Program-made: the position numbers and the translations under genes
The notes under the pieces: generated by a model
The model's database searches: none
Told to the model about the DNA's origin: nothing
Seen by the model: only the letters and a program-made list of their open reading frames with translations
Assembly: GCA_010909165.1 (NCBI GenBank)
Contig: MU008156.1
Coordinates: forward strand, 558,001-622,000
Length of the DNA stretch: 64,000 nt
Source of the DNA: Anthoceros angustus
Taxonomy: Eukaryota > Plantae > Anthocerotophyta
Direction: 5' to 3'
Shown here: piece by piece, positions 1 to 13,911 of the stretch
How the letters are laid out: the number at the start of each line of letters is the position of its first letter
Position numbering within the stretch: position 1 is the stretch's first letter

Positions 1-2006
1 GCTACCAAGATGTTAGCATTCTCAATGCGCTTTGGCTGACCGACACCTATCTTCTTATCGAGGATAAATCTGTATCACGCAGACATGCAGTCTTAGAAAA
101 ATCCAACCCATTTACATCCCAGTTTCAACCAACGACGAGAGAATCATATAAGCCTTCAACCAACAACGAGATAATCCCTCCATAGATTGCCCAACTGGCC
201 ACAAGAGAAACTGCTATCCCAATCCAACATCTACAGCACGGGAAATAGGACACAAGGTGAAGCAACCCAGGTCTGACAGAAAACACCTACCCCTCATCCA
301 AAAATGAGTCTTTCAGGGAGCCACCAGCCTTCTTCACAATTTGTATAGCCTCAAGGTTTGAACTGCCCTGCTATCACAACCAGCATTAGCCTTGCCCAGC
401 ATACTAGGTTATGAAACTTATGCTACAAACATACCTTCAAACGAAGAACGGCATCCACTGCCAGATTTGCAAAATGGACCTTATCCTGAGACAGAATCTT
501 TGAGCTCAGAGTTGTCATGGCAATGTTGACAAGGTCACTGCGAAACTTCTCTGCAAAAATAACCGTTCACAGTGTCAGCACCAGAGTGAAGGAAACGCAT
601 AGCAACAGTCAAGCAGATCTTGACATGATGTGCAAAGCGGGACAAATCACGTGCACCACATACGTGGATCTGCTTGGTTATTCCGAACTACTTTCTCCAA
701 AGCAGCTCGGGCAGTATCTGCAGCCATCCTATACCCTGCAATTGAAAGTGTCACCAATAAAAGAGGAGGAGAGCACAATTGCATGAGATAGCTGTGCAAT
801 GTTTCCAAGATGGCACAAGAACAGAAACTCCTTACCTGCAATGATTGTCATGGGGTGGATCTTCAGAGCAACCAGCTTTTCTGCCTCTCGCAACAGTTCT
901 CCGGCAAGTACAACGACCGATGTTGTCCCATCTCCAACTTCATCATCTTGCACCTTGGAGATATCTGTGCAAAGACAGCTCTCAAGCATGAAGACGGCCA
1001 GGAACTAACAAAAGCTCAGCATAAAAGTCATGCAAGGCGGCACAGTTAACCAGTTCAGAATTGGGCCCTCAGGGCCATTCCAAGCTGGCTAAACAACAAA
1101 CAAGCAAAAACCTCAGGAAGGCGCAACATCCCTATCACAGTATGCAGGACACTTAAAAGACTTATTGGTCATCAAGGAAGGAGATTTGGGGTTTGGAAGA
1201 GATTGTGGATTCACCAATGAGAACTTTGGCAGCTGGGTTGTCCACATGGAGAGATTTCAAGATGGTTGCTCCATCATTTGTGACAGTCACAGTCTGACCC
1301 CTCCCAGTTGATTGCAAAATTTTGTCCTGCAACATAATACATCACAAGCGTCTCAACAATGCAACCGGACCAACTTCCAACCCAATAGTGCAAGACAAGC
1401 ATGCATCTGGAATGAAGGACACTCCATCCGAAGAATCAGATAAAAACTTACCATTCCTTTAGGACCTAATGTGCTCTTCACTAAGTCAGCAATCGCCATG
1501 GCACCAATGAAGGATGCCTGCATTACAACAAACGAGTCAGGAGAAACAGACAGCACCCTCTCAATACTTTAGTACTCTCAAGGTTATCAGATGAAGACTT
1601 AGGACACAGCTAACAAGAAAGAGACATTGATGGCCCAACACAAGGAAGAACGCAGGCACAGGGACGGAGCCATGTCAGAACCAAAGCAGTTAATTTCACA
1701 TCAATCGATAACTCATGCTGTGTACCATTCTGGCGCGTTCCCCCTTCTCCTCCGTTGCATCGGACTTGAAGAGCCCCTCCAACTGCGACAGCAGAATGCA
1801 TGGACACAAAAGTCAGCGCAAGCTCGTTTACAACTACTTCTTGTCAGTGAGATAGGGGAAGACAAACAATCTGCAAGCGGAGACAAGAAAGCTTTCGACA
1901 GGGCTCCCCAAAGCAGCAGCTTCAACGAATCTACGCAAAGAACCGGCAGCTGGAGACAAATCTGAGAAACCCAAAATAAACCGATAAGAGTACTCACCGA
2001 AGCCAT
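1..2006 (-). CDS. CCT2: T-complex protein 1 subunit beta (chaperonin CCT2), multi-exon, 3' part runs off the window
   Basis: Spliced exons read MAS|[19 protein letters not shown]|[22 protein letters not shown]|[36 protein letters not shown]|[31 protein letters not shown], with GT-AG introns. Confidence 0.96.
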
Positions 2007-2115
2007 GATGCTGGCTGCGCAAGCACAGGGTCTCCAAGTGAAAAGGGTTGCCCTTCAGAGACTTGACACTTCACAGCACGATGAGACACCAATGCATAAC
2101 TGCAGGGACTCGCAG

Positions 2116-3020
2116 ATGAACACGATCTGCGTCAAGATGTCGGAGCGGGAGCTGGAGCTGCAGCTGTCGAGGGTAATGGTGCCGGCAGCCTTCCACCGTT
2201 CCCGCCGCCGCGGCTGCTGCTGAAGTGAGGAGAGCGTGAGAAGGGCGGGAAGAAGTCCGAGTAATGTCAATACCCGGAACCCCAACGGATAGGAGGGCCC
2301 TGGGTAGCAAACCTAATGCCGTTCCTGATAGAAACGGCGACGGGGAGCTTAAACGGCAGCGGTTGTAAGGGAGTGCCGGTTATGGGAGAAATGCCATGGT
2401 TGCGGCCTGGACTCACCGTTTGCGATGGACAAGGAGCTGCACCTGGTTAGACAGCGCTTGATTGCTGCAGAAGTGGAAAGGAAAGATGCCTTGTACCAAC
2501 TCAGTCAGGTGAGGAAGGAGAAGGCCAGTGCTGATCTTGTGAAATTGTACATCAAGCACGCTAGCAATGCCATTGACAAAGAGAGGGATTTATGGGAGAG
2601 GGAAAAGAGCCTGTACAATGTGCGATGCGAAAAAGGTTTGTTCAGTCGTAGCTGATGCATGATGAATGTGTGCACTGTCCTCATAGCAAATCCTCCATTG
2701 TCATCCTAAATTTCAGTTCTGAAGTCGCTTGTAATTACGTTTTGACCAGTTCACAGATGAACGCTGGCCGGAATGCTCAGCCTTTCCTGCATTTAGAATT
2801 GTGGAGTGAGATGCATCGCAACTTATGAAAGTGCTTGTTTGATTTATCAGGCGCTGTACAAGTGAAACACTCATCCTCCCTCTGTTGGCTGCCTGAAAAG
2901 AACGAAAGCCTGAGCAGAAGTACTCCTTGCAGAAGAAAGGACGATGACTCTGATGCTTTCGATCGTGAGTGGCATAAAAGAAGAGAGCACCTTGACACGT
3001 TGATGAAGATGACTACATAG
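2116..3020 (+). CDS. Putative small coiled-coil protein of unknown function, head-to-head with CCT2
   Basis: Phase-compatible putative exons MNTICVKMSERELELQLSR|ELHLVRQRLIAAEVERKDALYQLSQVRKEK...CEK|...FDREWHKRREHLDTLMKMTT*; family not recognised. Confidence 0.4.
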
Positions 3021-3515
3021 CTCCCGTGGTCCTTGATTTTTCACATAATCTAGCGTCTTTATTTGAAGAAGATGCTGCTTAGGTTAGCAAGCTGAAAGAT
3101 GCTTTTATGGCACAATGTGGACAAGCGTCTTGACATAGCTATCTATACGTCAAGGGGACTTAGCTTCAGGTATAGTACCGTGTTGAAATTTCTCCAACTT
3201 TGTGTGTTCTCAAAGAAACGTGAATGCGATAGACTTGGCTGATTCTTGGCATGATCCAGGATTTGAGGCTCATCAGGGGCATTGCAAATGAAGCCAAGGA
3301 CCATACAGTATGAACGGGGACCCGTGCAACGGGACTGGTCCACCGTGGCCCGACGTGCATGGTGGGAAAGAGTCCACCTGGACGGGGTTTCCGGATTTCT
3401 TCCACTCAGCTGAAGGCAACAGGGGGCCTAAACCAGCCATCCTCCGAGCCCGAGAAGCTGTCGTGCGAAACCCAGGCCAATTGCGCGGTGAAGCCAAGGC
3501 TGGTGGGCTGTTGCA

Positions 3516-4418
3516 ATGTCGATGCAGGCTCTGGTAGGAGCTGCTTGTTGCCCTTGCAGAGCGTCCGGCAGCACGCGCCAGGCGTTGGCGTCGCAGTTTT
3601 TGGGATTTCGATCTGTGCCTTTGCATTCTGGTGGGACTTCATCGAGGATTCCGCGGACAGCGAGCCTGCGCGTTTGGGCGATGGAGAACAAGCGTGGTTG
3701 GTTCAACTTTGGGGGATTTGGGACGCGGGCAGTGTCGAAGGAGGCAGATTCTGCCAGTGCCAACCTCGCGCAGGGCCCAGATGACGATGTTCCGGCTGCA
3801 GGGCAGCAGTTTGCATGCTTCGGTGCCGGCTGTTTCTGGGGCGTGGAGCTTGCGTTCCAGCGGGTGCCGGGCGTGAGCAAGACCGAGGTTGGATACACCC
3901 AAGGTAAAGTGCACAATCCTACCTACGGCGATGTGTGCGAAGGGACTACCGGCCACTCGGAGGTCGTGCGCGTGCAGTTCGATCCCAAGGCGGTCAGCTA
4001 TGAGAGTCTGCTTGACGTTTTCTGGGCGCGGCATGATCCCACCACGCTCAATCGACAGGTGCTGTGCTCCCTCCATCCTTGAATGCAGTTAGATTGTTGA
4101 TTTCAAGTGTAGGGATTGAGCGTCCAGAATGCTGCGTGTCTCACAGTGCTAGGGTTACGTGTGCAGGGCGGGGATGTGGGCACGCAGTACAGGTCGGGAA
4201 TCTATTTCTACAGCCTTGAGCAAGAGCAAGCTGCCAAAGAGTCACTCGACAAGCATCAAAAATCTGTGAACAGGAAAATTGTCACAGAAGTACTCCCGGC
4301 CAAAAAGTTTTACAGGGCAGAGGAGTATCATCAGCAGTATTTGTCCAAGGGTGGCCGCTTCGGATTCAGGCAGTCGGCCGAGAAAGGGTGTAATGATCCT
4401 ATCCGCTGCTATGGTTGA
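3516..4418 (+). CDS. MSRA: Peptide methionine sulfoxide reductase A, plastid-targeted, 2 exons (intron ~4059-4167)
   Basis: GAGCFWG active site, HDPTTLNRQ|[24 protein letters not shown], plant C-terminus [10 protein letters not shown]; Ser/Arg/Ala-rich transit peptide. Confidence 0.96.
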
Positions 4419-4661
4419 CTTCTTGTTTTGTGAATGTTAAGGCCATCTCCGTCCTACGCCTGGGTCTCATAGAATCATGTCCAGTCAGCGTAGGCAGAAA
4501 GAATCCGACCACATCATCTACTGACTGGCGAGTATCGTAGCATAATGTTGTGTCCTGCGGGAAGTGGGATGAATCCGGTCTCTCTGCACATGTAAAGACC
4601 TATCCTGTCCACCGACACTTGCACTCTGAGCAAAAGCTTATTTTACAATCTCAGACGGGTG

Positions 4662-7600
4662 TCAGCTCCGATTCGCAACTCTGTTGATAGCTTTGTTGAC
4701 GTATTTTCGTAATCTCTTCAACTTCTCCGGTAAGACACTAGCTTCTCCAACATACGTTACGACGTTATTTATATACGTATCCAGATCGTGCTTGAACTGC
4801 TCCAAACCATGATAGTAATCATCTCTCAATCTTGCCCTCACCACAAGAATTGACAGGGGCAGCGCAGTTCTGTGTAACACATAGCACCCACAACCGGTCA
4901 ACCAAATTTGAGGTATCAGAAGAAAAGCATCCAGCTCCAGTTACAACGGACTCAATGCACCCATAAACTTTGAAGATTTCTGAACACTTACTTGTTCACA
5001 AAAGACGGCTGCAGAATTAAACTTTCCGCTTCCTGAAGACCGTATTCATCCTGCCCAACAGCTAGCTTTTAATTTTGATGTTGCCTACACAGGAATATCT
5101 TCAGAATATTGCGAGTGGCAAAACACACAAGCTATGACAACTAACCTCATCATCATAGTCAAAGGTTTGAAAAGCGTCCATGAGTTGCTCCCTGGTAATA
5201 GGATGTAGCCGAGGCCGGGGCCCGTCTAACTGAGGTGGAGGACCACCATCAGCTTTCTGACTTGATTCATACAACTCCCATGGGCTGTGATGTGTCACGT
5301 CCTCCGGCTTACCAACGGGTCTATACTGCACCTCGTACTTTTCCCAGGGGCTATCGGGAAAATCAGGAGACCTGGGCTTTATTCTTGTGATCCTGCCTTT
5401 CCACCATCCTCCGGTTCCCTTTTCACCCGGGTTTGCCCACCAGACCTGGCAATGATCCCTTGTTGCCCAAGGTTTCTTGATAGATGCCTCATACCGATGC
5501 TTCTCGACAATGAAATCTGGGAAGTTTTTCATCTCTGGATCTGGCAATGTAACCTGAAAAGTATCCCCATGAACCTCCGACATGGGGTCAATAAACTTCA
5601 TTAATATGCGACAGTGAGTTTCCTCTATATCCGGATGCAAGGTATAGTCCAGTCCCACAATCCGACAGAGCTCCACGGCATTAAACAATCCCCCAGATAC
5701 TGTCCAAGGTCTTTCAGCTCTTCTGAAGAATTCATCATTACAGCTATCCAGAAATGCTTCATGTCCCTGTACCAGGGACGGCAGGAAAGAGCACATTTAC
5801 AACACGTGCAAAGATACTGGAAGGATTGCAGGTGAGAAAACGCAGGAAAATATAGAGAACACATAACTACAAAAGACTTACCTGCCGAAAATATACCACC
5901 TCATCATTGAACTGAGGTACATAACGACTTCCTTCTTCTTTGGTAGAAAGCAACCAGGCATCCTCTCGTTTTCGCATTTTCCTCACACCCCGACCATGCT
6001 GCTCAGGTACATGGCCGACATCTTGTCTACCATTGAGATACTGACCAGCAGCATGCCTTGTGCGAGCAGAAGTCCTTCTACCTACCCTGGTACCATCTCC
6101 TAGATTTTGTACAATAGGTTCTGTATCTACATGGGGAAGTATGGAGTCCCTGTTCGTGCCCTTCAATCTCTGTCTCTGCTCCACCCTTCCTCGCCTCTTT
6201 CGCTCATTTTGATTATCAGAGATCCTCATTGATGCCCTCGCTGCATGCTGGCTTCCCGACAACAACATAGTCATTCTCCTCGTCCGCACCTTGTTCTCTG
6301 CTTCTGTGTGAGTCGTCACAGCAGCAAACCCCTCAGATCTCTGTTTTCTTCGCTTTCCATTTTGCCTACTCAAACCATTTCTAGGAGCGGCCCTTCCCAC
6401 CTTGAGATGTTGACCACCTGCGCCATGAAAATCTGGGTCAGAATACCCATTATCTTCACTTGCGGAAGCCACATTGTCCTCACTCGCTGAGGCACTTGCT
6501 CCCGTTGCCTCACTTGCAGAACCACAATTCTCTTCATCGACATGGCCTGATGCACTACATTTATATTCACTGTCATTCTCATTCTCTTCGTCATCACACT
6601 CACCCTCAGCTTCATCCTCATATTCCTCTTGCACCTGCTGTTCCCGTTTACCTTCCTCACCACTATGTTCTTCATCCACCTCAACTCTCCTTGAGGATTC
6701 CACCGGGCTGTCCTCTTCATCATCTTGACCATTTGCTGAATTGTATGTTGATTCACAGGCCTCAGCACCAGATTCATCCTCATTGGCATGGCCATTCGCA
6801 CCTTGAGTTTGCTGCCCACTGTCGGAGTCCGTACCCTGAGCACCCACATGATTTCCCTGTGAGACGGACATTAACCTTACGTGGCCATTGGTCAGCTTAG
6901 AGTTCTTCCCACATCCGAGGCAGATGACCCTGCTTCAGGTTCATGGTTTGGAGAATGCCTGGGAGGCGAGCTACTCTTGTACTCAGAGCTGTGATTTCCA
7001 ACCTCATGATCCCGAGCGACACCATTTGCATGAAGTGAACCACCACTCTTAGCTTGATCACCTGCCCTCCATCCCCAGAGGATTCGCAACGACATGTGCA
7101 CCCTGAGATTCATCTTCACTGTCTGGAAGCAACAAATTTCTCGCACGTCTGCGCAGATTCGAAACTGCTCCGTTCTGCCGTCTAAGACGGGTGGCTGCTG
7201 GCACTCTGGGGTCATCTGAGTTAGAAGGTGATCTGCTGATAAAGCTTGAGTTGTGGGCATCATCTTGAACGTCATTAGAATTGACAGCAATACCATTCCA
7301 TCCACTGACATTGCCTGCTGTTCCCGTTTACCTTCCTCACCACTATGTTCTTCATCCACCTCAACTCTCCTTGAGGATTCCACCGGGCTGTCCTCTTCAT
7401 CATCTTGACCATTTGCTGAATTGTATGTTGATTCACAGGCCTCAGCACCAGATTCATCCTCATTGGCATGGCCATTCGCACCTTGAGTTTGCTGCCCACT
7501 GTCGGAGTCCGTACCCTGAGCACCCACATGATTTCCCTGTGAGACGGACATTAACCTTACTCGTAAAACTCCGTTGCCATTGGTCAGCTTAGAGTTCTTC

Positions 7601-10600
7601 CCCACATCCGAGGCAGATGACCCTGCTTCAGGTTCATGGTTTGGAGAATGCCTGGGAGGCGAGCTACTCTTGTACTCAGAGCTGTGATTTCCAACCTCAT
7701 GATCCCGAGCGACACCATTTGCATGAAGTGAACCACCACTCTTAGCTTGATCACCTGCCCCTCCATCCCCAGAGGATTCGGCAACGACATGTGCACCCTG
7801 AGATTCATCTTCACTGTCTGGAAGCAACAAATTTCTCGCACGTCTGCGCAGATTCGTCGAAACTGCTCCGTTCTGCCGTCTAAGACGGGTGGCTGCTGGC
7901 ACTCTGGGGTCATCTGAGTTAGAAGGTGATCTGCTGATAAAGCTTGAGTTGTGGGCATCATCTTGAACGTCATTAGAATTGACAGCAATACCATTCCATC
8001 CACTGACATTGCCTGCTTGCCTATGATCACTCCACACAGGGAACTCATCAGCCATGCTAGCAGCATCTGCCTCCCCAGAAGACGAACCTAGTCGCACCCG
8101 CTTGGCAGCTTGACCCTTTTTCCACTCAAACTTCCTTTTCTCATCTAATGCCAAACCAGCATTAGCTTCATCCATATCACATACATCTGTGCTGTTAAGG
8201 GTAAGTGCATTTTCATTTAAATCAGCAGTCACCAAGGCATCATTACTCAGAAGCCCTTCCTTTAGGTCACTGCTGGATCTTGGATGCTTGAAAATAAGCT
8301 TTGGCAATGTGGATGATGCTTGGGTGGAAGGCTGCCCCCATATGTCTGCAACAGCAACTTCGTCCTTCAAGCCACTTTCACCTTCATGACCCATCTTCAT
8401 TGCTTCTTGACCAAAACCTGTTGACTTTGGTTTAAGCTTTAGCACCAGCCTCCTTCTATGGGATCTGGGTTTAGTGACCCTACAGAATTCGCCGAATTCT
8501 GACATGTTTTGTTTCAGAGCCAGGTCCTGCCCCTCACTCTGTTCCTGTGCATCAGATTCCTCTTTTTGTTTTCCTTTGTTGCGTAGAAGCCGGGTAGCAA
8601 ACTCTCCTTGCAATTCATCTGCTTTTTGTGCACTCCTGAGATTCCGTGTTGAGTGATCCACCCCATCTCCAGCTACCGACACTGGCTTATTGCCATTGGC
8701 GTCATCATCTTCGTTCTCATTCTCGTCATCATCATTCTCAACACCATTCTCATTATCATCATCGTTGTCATTATCGTCGTCGTCGTCAGATATGTTCTTG
8801 AAGAGGCGAAGTGCACGTTTTGCAGCCTTTCTCTTTGATCGAGGTGCATCCTGTTTTGTTGCCCCGGCAGATGAGGTTCCTGCAAATGTGGATCTTGACT
8901 GTCTTCCTTGTCCAGAGCGCCTTTCATAATGTTTCTCATACGGAAATTCCACCACCTTGTTACGACTCTTCCTCCTCAGCTTCCTTCTGACAGAAGTACA
9001 AACAGTATCCTGCAACAATGCAGCAGGGAATCAGCACGTGAACATCTGCGGAAATTCAACACACTTTCCATATATTTGCGCCAGCAGGATTTTCGAAATA
9101 ACACCTCTGCCTTTCTCTTGTTTCTCCTTGAGCGCCTGAGCTGAACCTCGTCTTCAGTATCTCCTGCCTCCTCTTCATTGTCCAGGCTTCTGAGACTTTC
9201 TGCATCGTCCTGACTCTCTCTGTCGTCGCTTACACTGTAGTCAGATCCATCCTCACTGCTCGCAGCAGCTTCTGGCTCCCAATCTACAACGTCATCAATG
9301 AAAACTGGAGGATCCGCTACCCTGCTCGCCCTCCGCTGAGGCTGTACCGCAATGCCTTCGCCAGCAATAATGCCATCATCTGTCATCCCGACTGCTAGCA
9401 TTACTGCAGGGGGCTCCCAAACCATGCCTATGGCCCCAAGACGTCGATGTTGATACAACGTCTGATAGGGGTCTGGATAAGGTATCATACCTGCAGCGGA
9501 GATATACTCAGGAGATTAGTAAGACCTCTCTGAGCATTAACTGGGAAGGAGAGACTAAATGCAATCACCTACTTGCATCACAAAGAAGATCTTGGATATT
9601 TCGTTCTTCTGGTGGCAGCTGTGTCTCCTGTCCACAAAAAAAAGAAAAGGAACTCGGAACCAAGCAACAAGCATTCTTCAAGCCAGTAATGGAAACTACC
9701 AGGCAAAAAAAAAGGTTCAGATTATGGCATTTAGTCACCTGGTCCAAAACATTGCCATAGCTGTCCCTCATAAGAGGTCGAAAATCGCCAAGAAAGAACT
9801 GTGGCAGCCCACACCAAGTAACAAATGGTTAGAACTTCCAAACACAAACCTGAAGATAATTCCAAGAATCAAGCAAAGCCAACCTGATCATATTTTCCAT
9901 CTTTCCAAGTGGTTTCTTCATCACCAATTGCAAACAGATGCATCTGCCCAACTTCATCAGAGACCACTAGGGAGGTCCCATCTCTGCAGCAACAATCAGA
10001 TGTCAATTATTTAACTGAGGACCCTCAGTCCGTTAGTACCCTAATGTACTCGATGTCACATTTTTCAACTAACCCACTTGGAACACTCACGGAGAGAAAT
10101 TGCCGTCAACCAATTCATAGTCTCCAGTCTCAAACTGTGTAATGGAAGAACCCTTCCAGATCTGAGTATCGAGTTCAAAGCAGGTGTCAGAAACAAACCT
10201 GGCCAGATTACAACCAAAAAAATTGACGGTTCAATCACTAGCCCATAGAAAGTGGTGCAAAACTTGCTACCAATTTGGTGAATCGTTGCACTTAAAACAT
10301 AATGAAACAGTGTTGAATGACAAGGAGCGTTATATACTATAATTCAATGCATGCTTTTTGTCTAGGTGGCACAGTTTGGTAGAGCTACTTACATCCCAGA
10401 TTATTACGCGGCCATCATATCCAGCACTCATTGCTATCCTTGGATCAAAAGGGTGAACATCCAACACAAAAGTCTGTACAGATTCACAAACAAGTTGATC
10501 AACTCTGCATGCATTCCACACATCGGTTTCAAAAAAAACCATCACTGGAAGAGATAAGCTCACCCACCGCTTTTGTGTGGCCTGTCAAGCAGTGGACGAG

Positions 10601-13600
10601 CGTGCCATTCACAGGATTCCAAACACATATCCTGCAGTCTGCAAGCCAAAGACACTGCTCAGACTCTCACAAACCGTAGGCCAGTTCTGCCCAGAAGATC
10701 AGACAACAGAAGACATCTCTTACCCATGAGTGCAAGCACAAAGCGGTTATCAAGGCTCCATACGATCATGTTGACTCCACGAGAAGTTGACACCCTCTGG
10801 CGGGCCCCTCCTCCCCTAGACGGTTGAGGAGGCAGTGGTGGGTTTGGGACTCTCAAATGATATGTCTTCTTCCAAAGCTTCACATCCTTTCTTTCCCTGG
10901 GCTTTTTCCTATCTTTCATCTGCAGGGATAACAACACAACAAGATTACAAAAATGCAAAACAACCCTCTGAACTTGTATCACACATGCTTCCCTAACAAC
11001 AAAAGACACAAAACAAAGACACTTACCACTTGCCTACGACGGCGAGGAGTCCAGATTATTGCACTACCATCTCGTGAACATGTAACTATCGAATCAGTAA
11101 ACCTTTACAAAGACCAAATACAAAATTATCAGCCCCCCTGCCAGTCAAAAGGTTTACAAGCGGAATTCTGAATTGATGGTCAAGAGATCTGGCAGCAAAC
11201 CAGCGATCCTCTACTCCTTTAATCTCCTTCAAATTGATGGCTGTAAGCGTCTTTCCAACAGCAGCACACCCACTTCATAATTGCAACAACTAAGCAGAGT
11301 CAATCGCAACCTCAGAAAAGCTTGCTGAATTGATGCACTACAAAAGTTGCAACATATTCAAAAAGTCATGAGCTGCCCATAAACAGAACCCACACCTAAA
11401 CTGCACATAGTTCACTTCATTGGCATGACCGTCAAGCCTGTCCAGCTCATGGAACACGTTGCTGTCTGTCTGGAAAAAAGTTGGTGCCTCCCATACCTGC
11501 AGAATTCCTCGAGGATATCATTCTCAACCCAACCCTAATACGACTACGCCAAGGGACTAGAGACACACCACCCGAACCAGAAGAATGGCAAACTGGAGCT
11601 GTGATGTACTCACCCTTGCACACTTATCAGAGCCTCCAGTGACAAAAAGTGATCCATCCCCATTGAATGCACAACACACAATTTGGTTTGAGACTGGCGC
11701 ACCAGGAGGGGGTGTGCTAATCATCTTCACACCTGAAGCACGGTTGCTTGTCAAGCATTGCACAACTAAAAACAGAAATGACAAATGGCCGGGGCAGTTA
11801 GCATTGACACCTTGTACTGGACATACCGGCATCTTTGTCAGGCCGAGGCACATACTGGCGAGAAGCAGTTGTAGCCACATTCCAGATACGACAAGTTCCC
11901 TCCTCAGATGACCTGGCGAGCAAGGTTCATGCAAAGTTGAAACCTGGCACATCTTTCCTCCAACACAATCATGAAGTCCATGGACATGCAGATACAGGGA
12001 CTTAAGTCGATTGGAAAACACTGACGAGAGCAGATGGTTCTTTTGCTGTGGACTAAATTGAATCTGTGTCACAGGCTTTTGATGACCGCGCAGCACACAA
12101 ACAGGGTAACCATCAGGGAGACGCCACTGTAAAGTACAAAACCACGTCACACTATGAGCAACCACGTCAAGTGGACATGTCGGCTTTGCCGCTGCAGAAA
12201 ACATTTGGTTGCTTCCACACAATCAGCTATCTTATTCTGAAGGTGAAAATGACAAGCATATAAACAAAGAAACCTTACCACTCGTATTGTGCAGTCATTT
12301 GAGCCTGATGCAACTTTTGTGTTGCAGCAACTTACAGCAAGATCAGTGATATCACCCTGTGGACATTAAAAAACAGGTATGAACAATGCTCTACCTGCAG
12401 CCCAATATACTGCTACTTAACTTTGCAGCGAGTAAAAGGACGCGTGTTCCTTCAGAAGTACCTCATGGCCTCGGCAACCTCGCAGGCAAAGGCCAGAAAT
12501 TGCCGACCATATTTTCACAAGACGATCATCCGATCCAGTTATCACTAGTTGCCCTTTTCTATCAAAGATGGCTGAAACAGCAGACAACAACATCTAGAGT
12601 TACAATACAAAGCTGTGTCAAGCAACGTGGAGTCCCTATCAAAGACGCTATGTACCAGAGCTGAAGACACAAGCCAGTGATCAGAAACGGAGAGGAAACT
12701 TACCACAGTAAACCGCATTACGATGCCCTCTAAGAGTCTTCTGTGCTGTGATTCTCTTTACCAACATGGGAGGGTCCAGCAACGTGTAGTTTGTAGAAGA
12801 CGGAGACCGGCGGCACCCGGAAAATCCACCACTGATCTCTCTGAGCATCAACCCATGCACTTGATTTCCATGTGAACGGGGCCAGTGGGATTGAGTCATC
12901 CACCTGGGTGCCCGAACAGGGGGCTTGCTCCGTTCCGCTGTGCAGGACGAATGGATACGGAGACATATCCCAAAAAACGTGTCAACGAGACAGAACATTA
13001 CAGGACACACAAACATCAGGTATCCTCACATCAAGAGAGAACACAAGTTGCTGGCACCAAGCCCTAAAGCCCAAAACTGAACCCTCGGTTTACCGCATCC
13101 AAATCCAGAGCTGGGAAGCGTGACTTACAATCAAGTAGCGAGAAAGCACCCGACCCGATCAAGGTGGGAACATTCGCAGCAAGGGGAATCCTCGAGGGAG
13201 AGTGCTCCAAACCCACAGCTGTTCTGGCATTGTTTACCAGCAGTTGCTGTAGCAGCTTGACAAGGTGATCTTTCTCGATGTGGGGATTTCTGCAAAGGTT
13301 CCAGAACACCGTAGGTTTAGCCGGGGGACAGCAGAACGGACTGAACGCATGGGGGACAACTAACTGATGATGTAAAAAACAAGCACGGATGCACAGTGAC
13401 AGGCATCCAGCGGATATAACTCGCCCAATCCGACGCGGGCAAAGAGCCGTACAAACCTCTGCGCCAGGGCCGAGTAATTAAGCGGGTATGACATGCCGTC
13501 GTCGTTTTCATCCTGGGTGACGGATCCCCCGAGCTTAGAATAAAGCGCATGGTATCGGCGGGGCAGCAGCTTGTGTTGCAGCAACTCGTTCCACAGCACG

Positions 13601-13792
13601 GTGAAGGCCTTCTGGCAGGGCCCATGGGACAGAAAATGCATAACCAAGAAGTAGACCTCCGAGAGGTCGACGGCCACATCCTCCTGCGCCACGGCCTGGC
13701 CATTGCTGGACGGCCCGGCCCGCAGAGCCGCGTCCCCGCCCCGATCAGCCACCCCCGCGCACTGCTGCTCCTGTAGGTGCTGCTGCTGTAGG

Positions 13793-13826
<34 letters not shown>

Positions 13827-13911
13827 AGAAGTACTGCTGCTGCTGCTGCAGGTTCTGCTGCTGCTGCACAGGCGGAAGCGACGGCAACAAAGCCCCTCTG
13901 AAGGCGACCAT
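4662..13911 (-). CDS. WD40-repeat and bromodomain protein (PHIP/BRWD-like), multi-exon; frame broken in this assembly by an internal duplication
   Basis: EVYFLVMHFLSHGPC..ELLQHKLLPRRYH, LRGHRNAVYC, several WD40 exons, GVNMIVWSLDNRF, VLDVHPFDPRIAMSAGYDG, RYVPQFNDEVVYFRQ|GHEAF, FPDSPWEKY..HSPWEL and a C-terminal bromodomain-like segment. Confidence 0.92.
6634..8016. repeat. Tandem duplication (680-bp and ~698-bp copies) inside the large BRWD exon
   Basis: ttcccgtttaccttcctcac occurs at 6641 and 7321; the copies are identical apart from small deletions in the left copy. Confidence 0.97.
13762..13868 (-). repeat. CAG microsatellite encoding an N-terminal polyglutamine region
   Basis: (ctg)n runs; ORF reads QQQQNLQQQQQYFYQQQQQQQQQQHLQQQHLQEQQ. 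Confidence 0.95.

Noticed and set aside
3273-4092. Antisense and alternate-frame ORFs over MsrA (and similar ones over AGA, PDH and CAP-G)
   Set aside because: Shadow ORFs of GC-rich coding exons
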